From assembly GCA_040766525.1 (NCBI GenBank), contig JAXGQI010000007.1, positions 3,166-67,165 of the forward strand: a stretch of DNA of 64,000 bases, in the 5' to 3' direction. The notes under the pieces are model-generated. The model was not told the origin of the DNA. It saw only the letters and a list, made by a program, of their open reading frames with translations, and did not search any database. The position numbers and the translations under genes are program-made. Positions 8,467 to 19,500 of the stretch are shown here, piece after piece. Every line of letters begins with the position of its first letter. The stretch's first letter is position 1. This stretch comes from Clostridiales bacterium. GTDB taxonomy: Bacteria > Bacillota > Dehalobacteriia > UBA7702.

Positions 8467-9902
8467 ACAATATTTTTTAGCACCACCGTCTTAATTTGGC
8501 TAAATTCCTCCAGGGTGCACATGATCCCTTCATTGCCGATCCCGCTTAACTTATGGCCGCCGAAAGGCGTTTCCAAAGCTCTGAAATCACTGCCTCCGTT
8601 GATGACGACGCTGCCGGCGTCGAGATGCTGCGCAGCATAGGAGGCGTTTTGCATATCTCTGGTGATGATGGCGGAAGAGAGGCCGAAGATGGAATGATTG
8701 GCCATGGCAACGGCTTCTTCCAGCGTATCAAAGGCGATAATGGGGATGACCGGGCCGAAAACTTCCATATCCCGGGCGATTTCCATCGTACCCTTGACGT
8801 CCGAAAGGATGGTCGATTCGTAAAATGCGCCCCGGCGTTTGCCGCCGAGTCGGATTTTTGCGCCTTGAGCGACGGTTTCATTGACTTGGCTTTCCACTGC
8901 TTTTGCCGCTTTTTCATTGATCAAAGAGCCCATTTTCGTTTTGGGATCGAGGGGATCTCCCATAGGGAGCGCTTGGATTTTCGCGATCAATTTGCGGATG
9001 AAAGGCTCCACGGCGTTTCGTTGCACGAAGAAGCGTTTGCTGGCGCAACAGATTTGGCCTGCGTTCCGCATACGGGCTTGGATCGTTTCTTTGACGGCGA
9101 GGTCGAGATCGCCATCCTCCATCAGGATAAAAGCGTCGTTTCCTCCCAGTTCCAAGGTGCAGCGGGTGAGATTTTTGGCTGCCCGTTCCGCAATATGGAT
9201 GCCCACTTCCGTGCTGCCCGTTAAGCTGATGAGGGCGATATCGGGGCTTGCCACCAGTGCATCGCCGATTCTAGCGCCGGAACCGGTCAATACCTGGATT
9301 ACACCTTTGGGTACCCTGGCTTCTTGGATCAAGTTGCAGATTTGAAGGGTGGTCAAAGGGGTGTCGGTAGCGGGTTTTACGATAGCGGCGTTGCCGCTGA
9401 CCAGCGCCGGGGGGACTTTTTGGCCAAAGAGACCCACGGGAAAATTGAAGGGCACGATGCAGGCGATCACACCCAAAGGTTCCCGCATCACCATTTGCAG
9501 GGTCCTTTCTTGGTTGACTTCGCTCCCAGGGGGGATGATGGAACCGTAAAGATGCCGAGATTTTTCGATAAACCCTTCTAAAAGGATCGCGACTTTGCCG
9601 ATTTCTTCATAGGCTTCAGCATATAATTTCCCTGTTTCTTTTGACAAGAGCAGGGCCAGTTCTTCTCTGGTCTTTTTTTTCATCATTTTGTTGCTGAATT
9701 TTCTTAGGATCTCGCCCCGTTGATACACGGAATATTCGGCCCATTCTTTTTGCCCTTTGACGGCTGCTGCGATTGCTTCCTCCACATCTTCCTTGGTTGC
9801 GGCGGGGACCGTGTCGATGATCGCACCGGTCGCCGGATTAGTCACGGGGACGCGTTCGCCGCTTCTGCTTTCTCTCTTTTCGCCATTGATGAGCATGTAC
9901 AT
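8463..9902 (-). CDS. NAD(P)-dependent aldehyde dehydrogenase family protein
   Basis: The start is trimmed to the ATG at 9902, preceded by GGAGG. Contains the FTGST-like LTGSTEVG, the ELGGND catalytic Glu region and the active-site C in GQICCASKR. Confidence 0.9.
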   Translation of the reverse strand: MYMLINGEKRESRSGERVPVTNPATGAIIDTVPAATKEDVEEAIAAAVKGQKEWAEYSVYQRGEILRKFSNKMMKKKTREELALLLSKETGKLYAEAYEEIGKVAILLEGFIEKSRHLYGSIIPPGSEVNQERTLQMVMREPLGVIACIVPFNFPVGLFGQKVPPALVSGNAAIVKPATDTPLTTLQICNLIQEARVPKGVIQVLTGSGARIGDALVASPDIALISLTGSTEVGIHIAERAAKNLTRCTLELGGNDAFILMEDGDLDLAVKETIQARMRNAGQICCASKRFFVQRNAVEPFIRKLIAKIQALPMGDPLDPKTKMGSLINEKAAKAVESQVNETVAQGAKIRLGGKRRGAFYESTILSDVKGTMEIARDMEVFGPVIPIIAFDTLEEAVAMANHSIFGLSSAIITRDMQNASYAAQHLDAGSVVINGGSDFRALETPFGGHKLSGIGNEGIMCTLEEFSQIKTVVLKNIV

Positions 9903-9992
9903 AGCTTTACCTCCTTCGACGATGTTCCTTTTCACTATAGGAAAAATCTTTCCGGTTGTAAAGTACGCACTATTTTGTAAGCAAGGCACATT

Positions 9993-11662
9993 TTAATCCA
10001 TAAAGAGGGAGGTAAACGCAAAACTTTCCACATCGACCAGGCCGCGATCGGTGATTTTGAGCTTGGGGATCACCGGCAAAGCAAGGAAGGAAAGCGTCAT
10101 GAAAGGGGAGGGTAAGGGGCAGCCCAATGCCTTCCCGGCAGTCAAAAGTTGTTTTTCCGCCGCCGCAACAGCGTGGGGATCAGCGTCGGTCATCAAGCCG
10201 GCAATCGGCAAGGGTAAGGCCGCAAGGATTTCCCCCTCTTTGACGGCGACCATCCCACCCCCTTGGTTTGCCAGGGCTTCGGCTGCATGGCGCATTTCCG
10301 TCACCGTATTGCCGATAACGATGAGGGGATGGCTGTCATGGGCGATGGTGGAGGCGAGGGCGCCTTCTTTAAGCTGAAAGCCTTCTACGAAACCCCAAGT
10401 ATGGTTCTGGTTTTTGCCGTGGCGGGCGATGACCAGGATTTTTGAATGTCCCTGCGGTTTTCGATCTCCGCAAGGGGATAGATTTCCTCCGCCGTATAAA
10501 GGGAGTCGGGGATGGCCCGGATCACACGGGCGCGGGTTTTCCCTTGGGCGTCGGGGAAAGCGAGGTCTTGCAGGGGAAAGAGATGTACGGTCTCCAGAAC
10601 GTCCTCTTGCCGATAGGACGGGTAGGCGGTGGTTTTACTTTCTTGCCCGTTTTTATAAACGGCTAAGACGGTAAAATCCTGAAGATTGTCAACAATGAGG
10701 AAATCCGCCTTCCTTCCCGGGGCAATAGCGCCCCGATCTTCAGGCAGTAGTGGCGGGCGGGATTGATCGTGGCAAGTGAATGCTTCGGATCGGGTCGAGA
10801 CCCAGCGCCACCCCTTTTTTGATGATGGGGAGGATATCTCGGCCGTATCCAAATCATGGCAGTTGATATCGTCGGCGCAGAAAGCAAAGCAGGGCCAATT
10901 ATCTTCATTGATCAGGGGCAAAAGGTTTTCCAGATTTTTGGCGGCGGAGCCTTCCCGAATCCAAACCATCATCCCCCGGGATAGTTTTTCTTTGGCTTCT
11001 GCAACGGAGGTCGCTTCATGTTCCGTGGTAATCCCGGCGAGAACATAGGCGTTCAAATCCCGCCCCGTTAAACCGGGGCAATGCCCGTCGATCGGGCGTT
11101 TTAGTTCCTTCGCCGCGGTGATCTTATTGGCGACTTCTTCATCTCCGTAGAGAACGCCGAGGAAATTCATCATTTCCCCCAAACCGTAATACTGGGGAAA
11201 GGCAGAGAATAACTGCCGAATGTCGTCTTCTCCGATGGCGGCCCCGGCGGTTTTCAGAAGTTGCCGGTACGGCGGAAGGCGCCATATAAATGATATCCAA
11301 CGGGGTCATCTCCGCTGCTTTTGCCATATACGCGAGGCCCGGCAGCCCCAGCACATTGGCAATCTCATGAGTCGGCGATGACGGTGGTCGTTCCATGGAA
11401 AGGGCCGCTTTCCCGAAGGAATGGGGTTTAAATGGCTGCTTTCGATATGGACGAGCGTCGATCAGACCGGGGAGGAGAAGAGTGCCTTTTGCGTCTACGA
11501 TGGTGTCCGCATTTTCATAAGCGCCGACGCCGACGATTATCCCTTCTGCGACGATGACGTCGGCGGTTTCAATTTCCCCGCTGAATACATTGACGATTTT
11601 GCCGTTTTTGATCAGAGATCCCCGGATTCTTCTCCTCTGGCGATACGAATCAGATCTTTCAT
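9993..11662 (-). pseudogene. ade: adenine deaminase, frame-disrupted (at least 3 shifts)
   Basis: The pieces sit in different frames: N-terminus MKDLIRIARGEEE..LIKNGKIVNVFSGEIETADV..LLPGLIDA (start ATG 11662 after GGAGGAGAA), a middle part in ORF 10385-11182, and C-terminus ..ALPLPIAGLMTD.. in ORF 9993-10304. Confidence 0.8.
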
Positions 11663-12221
11663 TTCTCCTCCATGCGGCGGCCTCTGGGCATGCAGATGAT
11701 CTCCTTGATATTGGTGTCAAAAATATATTGGGAATGCGCAGGGCTCAAAACGATGGCGGTATCCGCGCCTCTGCCGCTGCCTCCGATCGCAATAATTTCT
11801 TCCGCAGCGTCAAAATGGCCGGCATCCATCGCCATGGTAGCGACTTCAACGGCAACTTTCATCCCTTGTCCCAGCATGCGCAAGGTATTGGCCACGATTT
11901 CCGCGGGATAGACGCCTTGGAATTTGAAATTTAAGGCTCTGTCCACACCGGCAAAAAGATGAGTGGTGCTGATGATCTTCATGCCTGTCGCTTCCAGTTT
12001 TTCTTTCATTTCCTGGGGAACTCCTGGGTCCCCTTTTCTTTATATCCTGCTTGATGTGTGACCACGCTCACGGTAAAGCCGGAATCCATCAGTTTTTCCG
12101 CTGTTTCTCCATAGGTGGAGGCGAGAACGACCTTTCGAATGCCCAATTCTTTGCCCCGTTCCATTGCCAAAGCTAAAGTGCGGTCCGTATTACGCCGGCC
12201 CGGTTTTTCAAAGTATTCCAT
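11659..12221 (-). pseudogene. pyruvate kinase alpha/beta (C-terminal) domain-like protein, one frameshift near 12006
   Basis: ORFs 12006-12221 (MEYFEKPGRRNTDRTLALAMERGKELGI..VVLASTYGETA) and 11659-12009 (..IIAIGGSGRGADTAIVLSPAH..) together give a ~186-aa protein of this family. Confidence 0.6.
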
Positions 12222-12323
12222 TTGTTTTTCTCCTTTCCAAGGGATATTTGATGTTAGGTTTATTCTATTTGATTGACAGGAAAAATCAATTTGTTATGAT
12301 AAAAAAATTAAAGGGGCTTCAAT

Positions 12324-13685
12324 GTGGATAAAAAGGCAGAAAAAAGGCTGGTAAATATTGTTGGCAAAGAGAGCATGCCTTGAGCGATTCTGCGGAAAGA
12401 CTGTGTTATTCTTATGACGGTACTTTTTACCGGGGAACCCCGGATTTGGTGCTGTTTCCGCAAAATGCCGCTGAAATTGCAGCGATTATGAAAATTGCCA
12501 ATGAGGGAAGATCGTTTTATCCCCGTGGGGCGAGGACGGGGCTTTCAGGGCGCGATTGCCAATGACGGCGGGCTTGTTCTCGTATTAACCAGAATGAATC
12601 GGATCTTAGAGATCAATGACGAAGATATGCTGGCGGTTGTGGAACCCGGCGTGGTGACGGATCATCTCCACCGTGCCGTGGAAGCGAAGGGGCTCTTTTA
12701 TCCTCCCGATCCCGCCAGTTTGAAGGCGTGCACCATCAGCGGCAATGTGGCGGAGAATGCCGGCGGCCCAGGGGTTCAAATACGGGGTCACCGCCGATTA
12801 TATCTTAGGCTTGGAATTTGTTAGTCCGGAAGGGAAGATCATTCGTACCGGAGGCCGCACGATTAAAAATGTGGCCGGTTATCATTTGATCGGTTTGATG
12901 GCGGAAGTGAAGTGCACTGGGGATCATTACCGAAATCACCTTGCGTTTGATCAAGAAACCGGCTGCGCTCAAAACAGCGTTGCTGATATATGATGATTTG
13001 GATTTGGCGGCCAAAACCGTTGCTGCCACGATTCGGGAGGGGATCGTCCCCTGTACGATGGAACTGATGGACGATCTAACCATTGCTTGCGTGGAAAAGA
13101 CGAAAAACCTCGGGTTACCCAGGACGCCAAAGCCATCCTTTTGGTGGAATGTGACGGGGACGAGTCCAGAGTGGAAGTGGAGATGGAAAAAGTCGTCGCC
13201 TTGGCCCGGCGGGAAGGGGCTACGGCGGTGGAAACGGCGACTGACGCCAAGCAGCGGGAACGGCTGTGGTTGGCCCGGCGTTCTTCTTCCGCGGCGATTG
13301 CTCATTTGAATCCGACCAAATTTGCGGAAGACATTACGGTCCCCGTTCACAAATTCCCGCGGTTTTAAAGGCATTGAAGGCGATTGCGGAAGAATATGAT
13401 CTCAAATTGCCTGTTTTCGGCCATGCGGGGGATGGGAATCTCCATCCCAATATTATGGCGGATAAGGAAAATGAAGAAGAAATGGTTCGGGTCAAAAAAG
13501 GGTTGGACGCTCTTTTCCGTGTGGCCCTGGATCATCAAGGAACGATTTCGGGAGAACATGGCATCAGCATCTCCAAGAAAAAGTATTTGACTTGGCAAAT
13601 GGGAGAGGAAGCTCTTGCCTATATGGCCCAAATCAAGCGGGGAGTCGACCCCAATCAAATCCTAAATCCCGGTAAGATTTTTTGA
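12324..13685 (+). pseudogene. FAD-binding oxidoreductase (GlcD / D-lactate dehydrogenase type), frame-disrupted (at least 5 shifts)
   Basis: The family sequence is spread over six overlapping ORFs (12380, 12495, 12745, 12941, 13087, 13266): ..LVLFPQNAAEIAAIMKIANE.., ..GGLVLVLTRMNRILEINDEDMLAVVEPGVV.., ..GNVAENAGGP.., ..FGHAGDGNLHPNI.., ..GTISGEHGIS... Confidence 0.8.
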
Positions 13686-13693
13686 GGCGAGAT

Positions 13694-14953
13694 ATGGAAG
13701 CAAAACTGCGTGAAGCGATCAATAAATGTGCCCGCTGCGGCACATGCCGGCTAATTGTCCTCTTTACCGGGCAGAAGGCAAAGAGACGGTGGTGGCCAGG
13801 AGCAAAGTAGAACTTTTGGACAGGGTTTTTCGGGGAGAGCTCGCGGAGCGATTCTTTGGAAAAGCTCTTTTCCCTCTGTCTTCAATGCGGCGCATGCAGC
13901 GATAACTGTCCCAATGGGGTGATGCCTCATCTCTTGATCGCGGAAGCGAGGGCCGCCTTGGTGGAGGCCGGGCATATATCGCCGATCAAGTCGGGGATCT
14001 TTCGTCATTTGCTGCCTTACCGTGGGCGGATGGACCTTGCGGCGAAGATGCTCTATCTCTATCAGCATTTCGGTGTGCAAAAACTGCTTCGCATGAGCGG
14101 GGTGCTGCACGGCTTGCGTTTGGATAAGATGGATCGCCTTTTGCCGGATAGCGCCGGTTCCGCGCTGAAGAAAACAGAACCAAGCGGCAAAAAGCAGATC
14201 AAGGTTGCCTATTTTATGGGGTGTATGACGAATCTTTTCTTCCATGAGACGGGGGAAGCTGTGATTGCCCTTTTGGAAGAAAACGGCGCCGAAGTGGTGA
14301 TCCCGCCGCAATTTTGTTGTGGGATGCCGGCGCTTTTCAGCGGAGATATGGCCCAGGCCAAAAGATTGGCCGAGAAAAATATCGCTGCTTTTACCGGGGA
14401 TTATGATTATATCGTCACCGATTGCGCCAGTTGCCTCGGGGCCTTAAAACGCTATGGGGAATTTGGCTTGGAAGGGGAAAAGATTGCCGCCAAAGCCATC
14501 GATTTTTCCCATCTGCTTGTTGATATCCTCGGTTTTCAGCCCCAAATCGCCAAAGCGCAGCCGATCCCCGTTACCTATCATGATCCCTGCCATCTGAAAC
14601 GGCAGATTCGAGGGAGGGAAGCGCCTCGGTTGCTGCTGCAGAGGTTGAGTCCGCTTTACGAATATGTGGAAGCGGATCATGATGTTTGTTGCGGCGCTGC
14701 CGGGTCCTTCAATCTCGGGCATTATGATTTGGCGCGGAAAGTCGGGGATCAAAAGGTGGCGGCCTTGGCGAAAACAGGAGCCAAAGTGATCACCACGAGC
14801 TGCCCTGCCTGTTTGATGCAGTTAAGGCATATCGTTGGGGAACAGCATTTGGATATCGAAGTGGAACATATCGCCCTGCTCTGTTATAGGGCGCTGCGGG
14901 AAAATAAAAATCATTCACATCATGAGGGGGAACAATGGAAGAGCGAAGATTAA
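13694..14953 (+). pseudogene. (Fe-S)-binding CCG-domain protein (GlcF/LutA-like partner of the FAD oxidoreductase), about 2 shifts near the 5' end
   Basis: MEAKLREAINKCARCGTC starts at 13694 and is then shifted. The main ORF 13856-14953 has CLQCGACSDNCP and two CCG-type Cys motifs (FCCGMP, VCCGAAG). Confidence 0.7.
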
Positions 14954-15603
14954 TTTATTTGCTGCGCCACGGAGAACCGGACGCCGGGCTTTTAGGGGAC
15001 GGCGCTTATATGATCGGCCAATATGATTTGCCATTGACGGCAAAAGGGCAGACTTCTGCCCGGGAAATGGCGGAGCATTTAAAGGAAGTCCCTTTTACAA
15101 AGATCATTTCCAGCGATTTAACCAGGGCCAAAGATACCGCTGCCGCAGTCGCCGCACGCCAGGGGAAAAGTGTGGAGACAACGGCTGCTTTGCGGGAGAT
15201 TGCCTTGGGAGAATGGGAAGGTCGTGCGATTGAGACGATCCCCGATGCGGCCAAAAAAGACAGAGGCGCGGATTTCGCCGATTATTTAATCCCCGGAGGG
15301 GAAACCTTCCGGCAGTTTTCTGCCCGGATCTGGGAGGCTTTCCAGCGCATCAGGGAGGAAAATCCTGGCCATCTGCTCCTTGTTTCCCATGCCGGGGTCA
15401 ATCGGATGATCCTCTGTGATCTCTTGGACATCCCTTTGCAGAACCAATTTATTTTGGAGCAGGAATATTGCCATTATCACATTCTCTCGGAAAGACGGGG
15501 ACCATCAAACTACATAAAGCCAATTGCGGTTTTTAAAAATCGGATCGCTTTGGATCTGCCGGATTTTATCCGGGATGGCCCTGATCCCACAATGCCAAAA
15601 TAA
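14935..15603 (+). CDS. histidine phosphatase (phosphoglycerate mutase-like) family protein
   Basis: LIYLLRHGEP (RHG catalytic motif), ..SSDLTRA.., ..LVSHAG... 222 aa. Confidence 0.85.
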   Translation: MEERRLIYLLRHGEPDAGLLGDGAYMIGQYDLPLTAKGQTSAREMAEHLKEVPFTKIISSDLTRAKDTAAAVAARQGKSVETTAALREIALGEWEGRAIETIPDAAKKDRGADFADYLIPGGETFRQFSARIWEAFQRIREENPGHLLLVSHAGVNRMILCDLLDIPLQNQFILEQEYCHYHILSERRGPSNYIKPIAVFKNRIALDLPDFIRDGPDPTMPK

Positions 15604-15694
15604 TCGACGGTTTGGCAGGTGGAGAAAATGAGGCTATACGGAGTCTTTTTGACCGGCGGATTTCTTTTTTTACTTTTTATGCTATAATACGGAT

Positions 15695-16288
15695 ATGATG
15701 AAGTGGACAGGGGGAAATCAGATGATTTGTCTGTGTTGCGGAGCGGAAGTCGAAGACGATGCCCAAATTTGTTGGAAATGCCAACACCCTTTTGATGATG
15801 TCGAAAGGAGCTTAGCGCTGTATACCGTCACCTATGAAGAAAGCGGCATGCAATTAAACCCTTTGGGTTTTGTGATGTTTACCAAAGACCGGTTGATTTT
15901 TTATAAAATCACCGATGAAATGGTCAAAGAGGAAAAGAAAAAGGTCAAAGGTTTATTGACCAAGTGGGAAAAGGCGATGGCCCGATTGATGGATAAGAGT
16001 CGTTTTCTCCTGGTATCGCCGGTGGATTTTTTGGCCGAAGGGCCGGAAAACTTTGCTTTGGCGAACTGTGATATTAAAGGACTCGTTTATAAACGCTCCT
16101 ATTTCAACAGTAACCGGTGGGCAACGGGGAATATTGCCGGTTGGCGGGGCGGTTGTCTAACGATCACCTGGGAAAATCAATCCATGCGGCTTAGAACTGA
16201 GATCTCCGGGGAGATCCCCAAAGAGGAACGGGCTGCCATCAGTTTGTTTGAACGCATTTTTGGCGATCGCTTTGAAGCGATTGATTAA
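15695..16288 (+). CDS. hypothetical protein with N-terminal zinc ribbon
   Basis: CLCCGAEVEDDAQICWKCQHPF followed by a ~170-aa unknown domain. The start could be the internal ATG at 15722. Confidence 0.5.
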   Translation: MMKWTGGNQMICLCCGAEVEDDAQICWKCQHPFDDVERSLALYTVTYEESGMQLNPLGFVMFTKDRLIFYKITDEMVKEEKKKVKGLLTKWEKAMARLMDKSRFLLVSPVDFLAEGPENFALANCDIKGLVYKRSYFNSNRWATGNIAGWRGGCLTITWENQSMRLRTEISGEIPKEERAAISLFERIFGDRFEAID

Positions 16289-16300
16289 GGAGAGATAAAA

Positions 16301-16846
16301 ATGAATCTTTGGCATGATATAGCGCCGAAACGGATTTGCCCCGAAGATTTCTTGGTTGCCGTAGAAATAGGCAAAGGCGGCAAAGTAAAATACGAATTGG
16401 ACAAGGAAACGGGTTTTATGGCAGTGGATCGGATCTTGTTCACCTCGACGCATTATCCCGCCAACTATGGTTTTATCCCGCGTACATATGGGGACGATGG
16501 CGATCCTTTGGATGTGCTTGTCCTTTGCTCTGAGACGCTCTTCCCCATGAGCTTGGTGCGCTGTTATCCCATTGGCGTGATTACGATGGTGGACAATGGC
16601 CGCTTTGATGAAAAGATCATCGGTATTCCTTTTATGGATCCTTCTTTCAATAGCTATCAGCAGATCGAGGATTTGCCACAACATATTTTTCATGAAATGA
16701 GCCATTTCTTCCGGGTCTATAAGGAATTGGAGCATAAGAAAACCGTTGTGGATGAAGTAAAAGGGCGTGAAGAAGCGATTCGGATCATTCGTACCGCCAT
16801 TGATCATTATGCGGAAACCTTTGGAAAAAGTGGGGGAGCAAAATGA
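16301..16846 (+). CDS. ppa: inorganic pyrophosphatase (family I)
   Basis: VEIGKGGKVKYELDKETG....DRILFTSTHYPANYGFIPRTYGDDGDPLDVLVL is the classic family I PPase core. 181 aa. Confidence 0.92.
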   Translation: MNLWHDIAPKRICPEDFLVAVEIGKGGKVKYELDKETGFMAVDRILFTSTHYPANYGFIPRTYGDDGDPLDVLVLCSETLFPMSLVRCYPIGVITMVDNGRFDEKIIGIPFMDPSFNSYQQIEDLPQHIFHEMSHFFRVYKELEHKKTVVDEVKGREEAIRIIRTAIDHYAETFGKSGGAK

Positions 16847-17853
16847 GTTGTGGTCCTGATGCGGTCCTGGAGGCCGGCAAAAAACTTCTGGCAGAAGGCC
16901 TGATTGTGCGTACTTGGGGCAATGTGAGTTGCCGCCGGGGAGCCGAGATGTGGATCACCCCCAGCGGCCGTTCCTATGAACGCCTTCATCCGGAAGATAT
17001 CGTGAAGATGGATTTGCGGACGGGAACTTATGGCGGGAGTGTGAAACCTTCTTCGGAATGGCGCGTGCATCAGGGGATCTATTTGGCAAGGCCGGATATT
17101 GCCTTTATTATCCATACCCATCAAATGGAAGCATCCGTATATAGTACTTTTGGCCGTGATTTGCCTGTGGCCGACGGAATCGTTCCGATCGCTGCCTATG
17201 GTTTCCCCGGCAGCGAGACTTTGGAAATGGCGGTAGAGGCTGTATTGGGAGAGGCCGACGGCGTATTGATGGCCAATCACGGCATCCTCGCTTTTGGCAA
17301 GGATGGAGAAAGCGCGTTTTCCTTTGCTCGGGAGATGGAGGAAGCTGCCAAAAAGGTGATCAAACAGGCGGAAATGGAAGAAGGGCAGCGTCAATTTGCC
17401 GCAGTTCTTCAAGATATGGCGGTCGTTCCTGAGGTCACGATGCCGAAGACGGAGTTTTATTCCGAGGCGATCAAGTCGGCGCGCCGGGATATTGCGGCCC
17501 TGTTCCCGGTTGATACCGGTTATATTCAGGCTTTTTCTCGCTTGGGTAAAAAACTTTGCCCCTATATTGATGATTTTGCCCAGATCGTTGGCGTCGATAT
17601 GATTGGAGCGCCTTTGGAAACGGATGCCATTGTAGCTGCCTTGGGAGATCGCCAAGGGGTCTTTCTTGCGGGAGCGGGGGCGGTTTTCGGCGGCACAACA
17701 TTGGAAGATGCCAAAGCTGCGGCGACCATCGCCGAAAAGAACTGCCGGGCATTTTTTAAGGGGCTGCTCTTTGCCGGGGCCAAGGCTTTGGGCGCAGAGG
17801 AAGCGCTTGCTTTGCGAAAATTTTATTTGGATATTTATTCCCGTCGCTATTGA
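16843..17853 (+). CDS. class II aldolase/adducin-domain protein
   Basis: The ATGA start overlaps the ppa stop. GLIVRTWGNVSCR, IHTHQMEASV and LMANHGILAFG motifs of class II aldolase/epimerase, plus a ~130-aa C-terminal extension. Confidence 0.75.
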   Translation: MSCGPDAVLEAGKKLLAEGLIVRTWGNVSCRRGAEMWITPSGRSYERLHPEDIVKMDLRTGTYGGSVKPSSEWRVHQGIYLARPDIAFIIHTHQMEASVYSTFGRDLPVADGIVPIAAYGFPGSETLEMAVEAVLGEADGVLMANHGILAFGKDGESAFSFAREMEEAAKKVIKQAEMEEGQRQFAAVLQDMAVVPEVTMPKTEFYSEAIKSARRDIAALFPVDTGYIQAFSRLGKKLCPYIDDFAQIVGVDMIGAPLETDAIVAALGDRQGVFLAGAGAVFGGTTLEDAKAAATIAEKNCRAFFKGLLFAGAKALGAEEALALRKFYLDIYSRRY

Positions 17854-17895
17854 TCAGATGGTATAGTCTAATAGCATGAGAATGGATTTCCTGTT

Positions 17896-17915
17896 TGCCG
17901 GACCGGCATTTTTTT
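17896..17915 (+). terminator. possible intrinsic terminator
   Basis: TGCCGGaCCGGCA short GC stem followed by a T7 run, 40 nt after the stop at 17853. Confidence 0.4.
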
Positions 17916-18011
17916 CTTTACGGGGAATTTTTTATCAAGAATAGAGGAAATGATTTTCTTTTTCCCTATAAACTGATATGATAGTGATAGTTTGGATAAA
18001 GGAAGATAAAC

Positions 18012-18897
18012 ATGAAAGTGCATATGGTGGAAAGGAAGGCGGACGGCGCCTTGCTTTTGACGGCCCTGATTTGGGGCAGCGGCTTTGTGGCAGTGGATTA
18101 TAGCTTGCAATGCGGTTTCCCCTCCAGCTTGCTGAATTTGCTTCGTTTTGCTTTGGGTGCGTTGATTTTTTTACTGATTTTGAACCGCAATGTTCGCCTG
18201 ATCCCAAAAACGACCTGGAAAAAGGGATTGATTGCCGGCGCTTTATTCTTTGTTAGTTTTTATACCCAGACTTTGGGCATGGTTTATACCTTAACCTCCA
18301 ACAGCGCTTTTATTACCGCCACCAATGTGATCATGGTGCCCTTTATCATGTGGTTGGTATTGAAACGCCGCCCGGACCCGAAAACCTTTGTCGCTTCGGC
18401 ACTTTGCCTTTTCGGTGTTTTGGTTCTTACCTCCGGCGAAGGGTTTTCCCTGCAATTCAATTTTGGGGATTTCTTGACGCTGCTTTGTGCGTTTACCTAT
18501 GCACTTCACATCTGCTACTTAAATGTAGCTGCTTCGGATACGAAGGCCGTTCACTTGACTTTTGTGCAAATGCTGGTTGTTGCGGTGATTGCCTTGATCG
18601 TCTTTGTGCTTTTTGAGCTCGAGGGGTTGGGCGCAGTGCAATGGGGGAAGGGGCTCCTCCCTGTGCTCTATTTGGGGATTTTTCCCACCAGCCTTTGTTT
18701 GTTTTTGCAGATTTATGGGCAGCAGTTGACTTCGGCGCCCAAAGCCGCGATTTTGCTCTCATTGGAATGTGTTTTTGGCAGCTTGTTGACGGTTCTTTTT
18801 GGCTTCCGAACCGCTTACGATGATAATTGTTGTCGGCGGTTTGATTGTGTTTTCCTCGGTCTTGATTATGGAATGGCGGCCGAAAACGGAACGATAG
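18012..18897 (+). pseudogene. EamA/DMT-family transporter with a C-terminal frameshift (~18805)
   Basis: ALLLTALIWGSGFVAVDY.. EamA repeats. After ..SLLTVLFGF the natural continuation (..PLTMIIVVGGLIVFSSVLIMEWRPKTER*, stop 18895-18897) is in another frame. Confidence 0.75.
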
Positions 18898-18958
18898 CCC
18901 TTTCGGCAATGGCGTTGCTCCTTATGGAGACGGTGAGGAAGATTGGGAAGGTGAGAAA

Positions 18959-19450
18959 ATGGCAAACGAAGAATTTAAGGCGAAATTACAGCTCTTTTTC
19001 CAAGAATCGGTGCGCATCACGACCCGTTATTTTAAGGCCAAATTGATCGTCTCCCTGCTTTTGGCGATCATTTCCGGGGGGATTTTCTATCTTTTGGATT
19101 TTCCTCTTTATGGTTTTCTGGGGATCGTCCTTGGGGTGTGTAATATTGTGCCGGTTTTTGGCGCTTGGGTTGCAGCCCTTGTCATTTGCCTGATTTTATT
19201 ATTTTATCAGCCGATTTGGGCGCTCTATGCGCTTTTTGTGATCTTAGGCTTGCAGATTGTGGAGCAGTTTGTCCTTACGCCTTTGATCATGAAAAAGGCG
19301 ATTGATTTAAAACCTTTGGTCATTATTGCCGTTGTGATGGCAGCAGGCCTGTTGACAGGTTTTTGGGGGATGGTTTTTGCTTTGCCCCTAGCTGCAATCA
19401 TCAAACTCGGTTATGATTTGTTTTTTCACCGTGACTACCCGGGCGAATAA
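18959..19450 (+). CDS. short AI-2E (PerM/YtvI-like) family membrane protein
   Basis: 163 aa. ..NIVPVFGAWVAALV.. and ..QIVEQFVLTPLIMKKAIDLKPLVII.. resemble the C-terminal half of AI-2E transporters. Confidence 0.5.
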   Translation: MANEEFKAKLQLFFQESVRITTRYFKAKLIVSLLLAIISGGIFYLLDFPLYGFLGIVLGVCNIVPVFGAWVAALVICLILLFYQPIWALYALFVILGLQIVEQFVLTPLIMKKAIDLKPLVIIAVVMAAGLLTGFWGMVFALPLAAIIKLGYDLFFHRDYPGE

Positions 19451-19500
19451 AGCGGGTGGAAGCGAAATAACCTTTGCAGCAGCAGGAGGTCCGTTTGGCG

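Noticed and set aside
16157-17655. Two long minus-strand ORFs (216 and 282 aa) opposite ppa and the class II aldolase gene
   Set aside because: They are shadow frames of well-supported plus-strand genes, with low-complexity, His/Arg-rich translations. Many other listed antisense or out-of-frame ORFs (for example 5233-5637, 8553-9224, 12805-13374, 29836-30522, 57467-58091) are rejected for the same reason.
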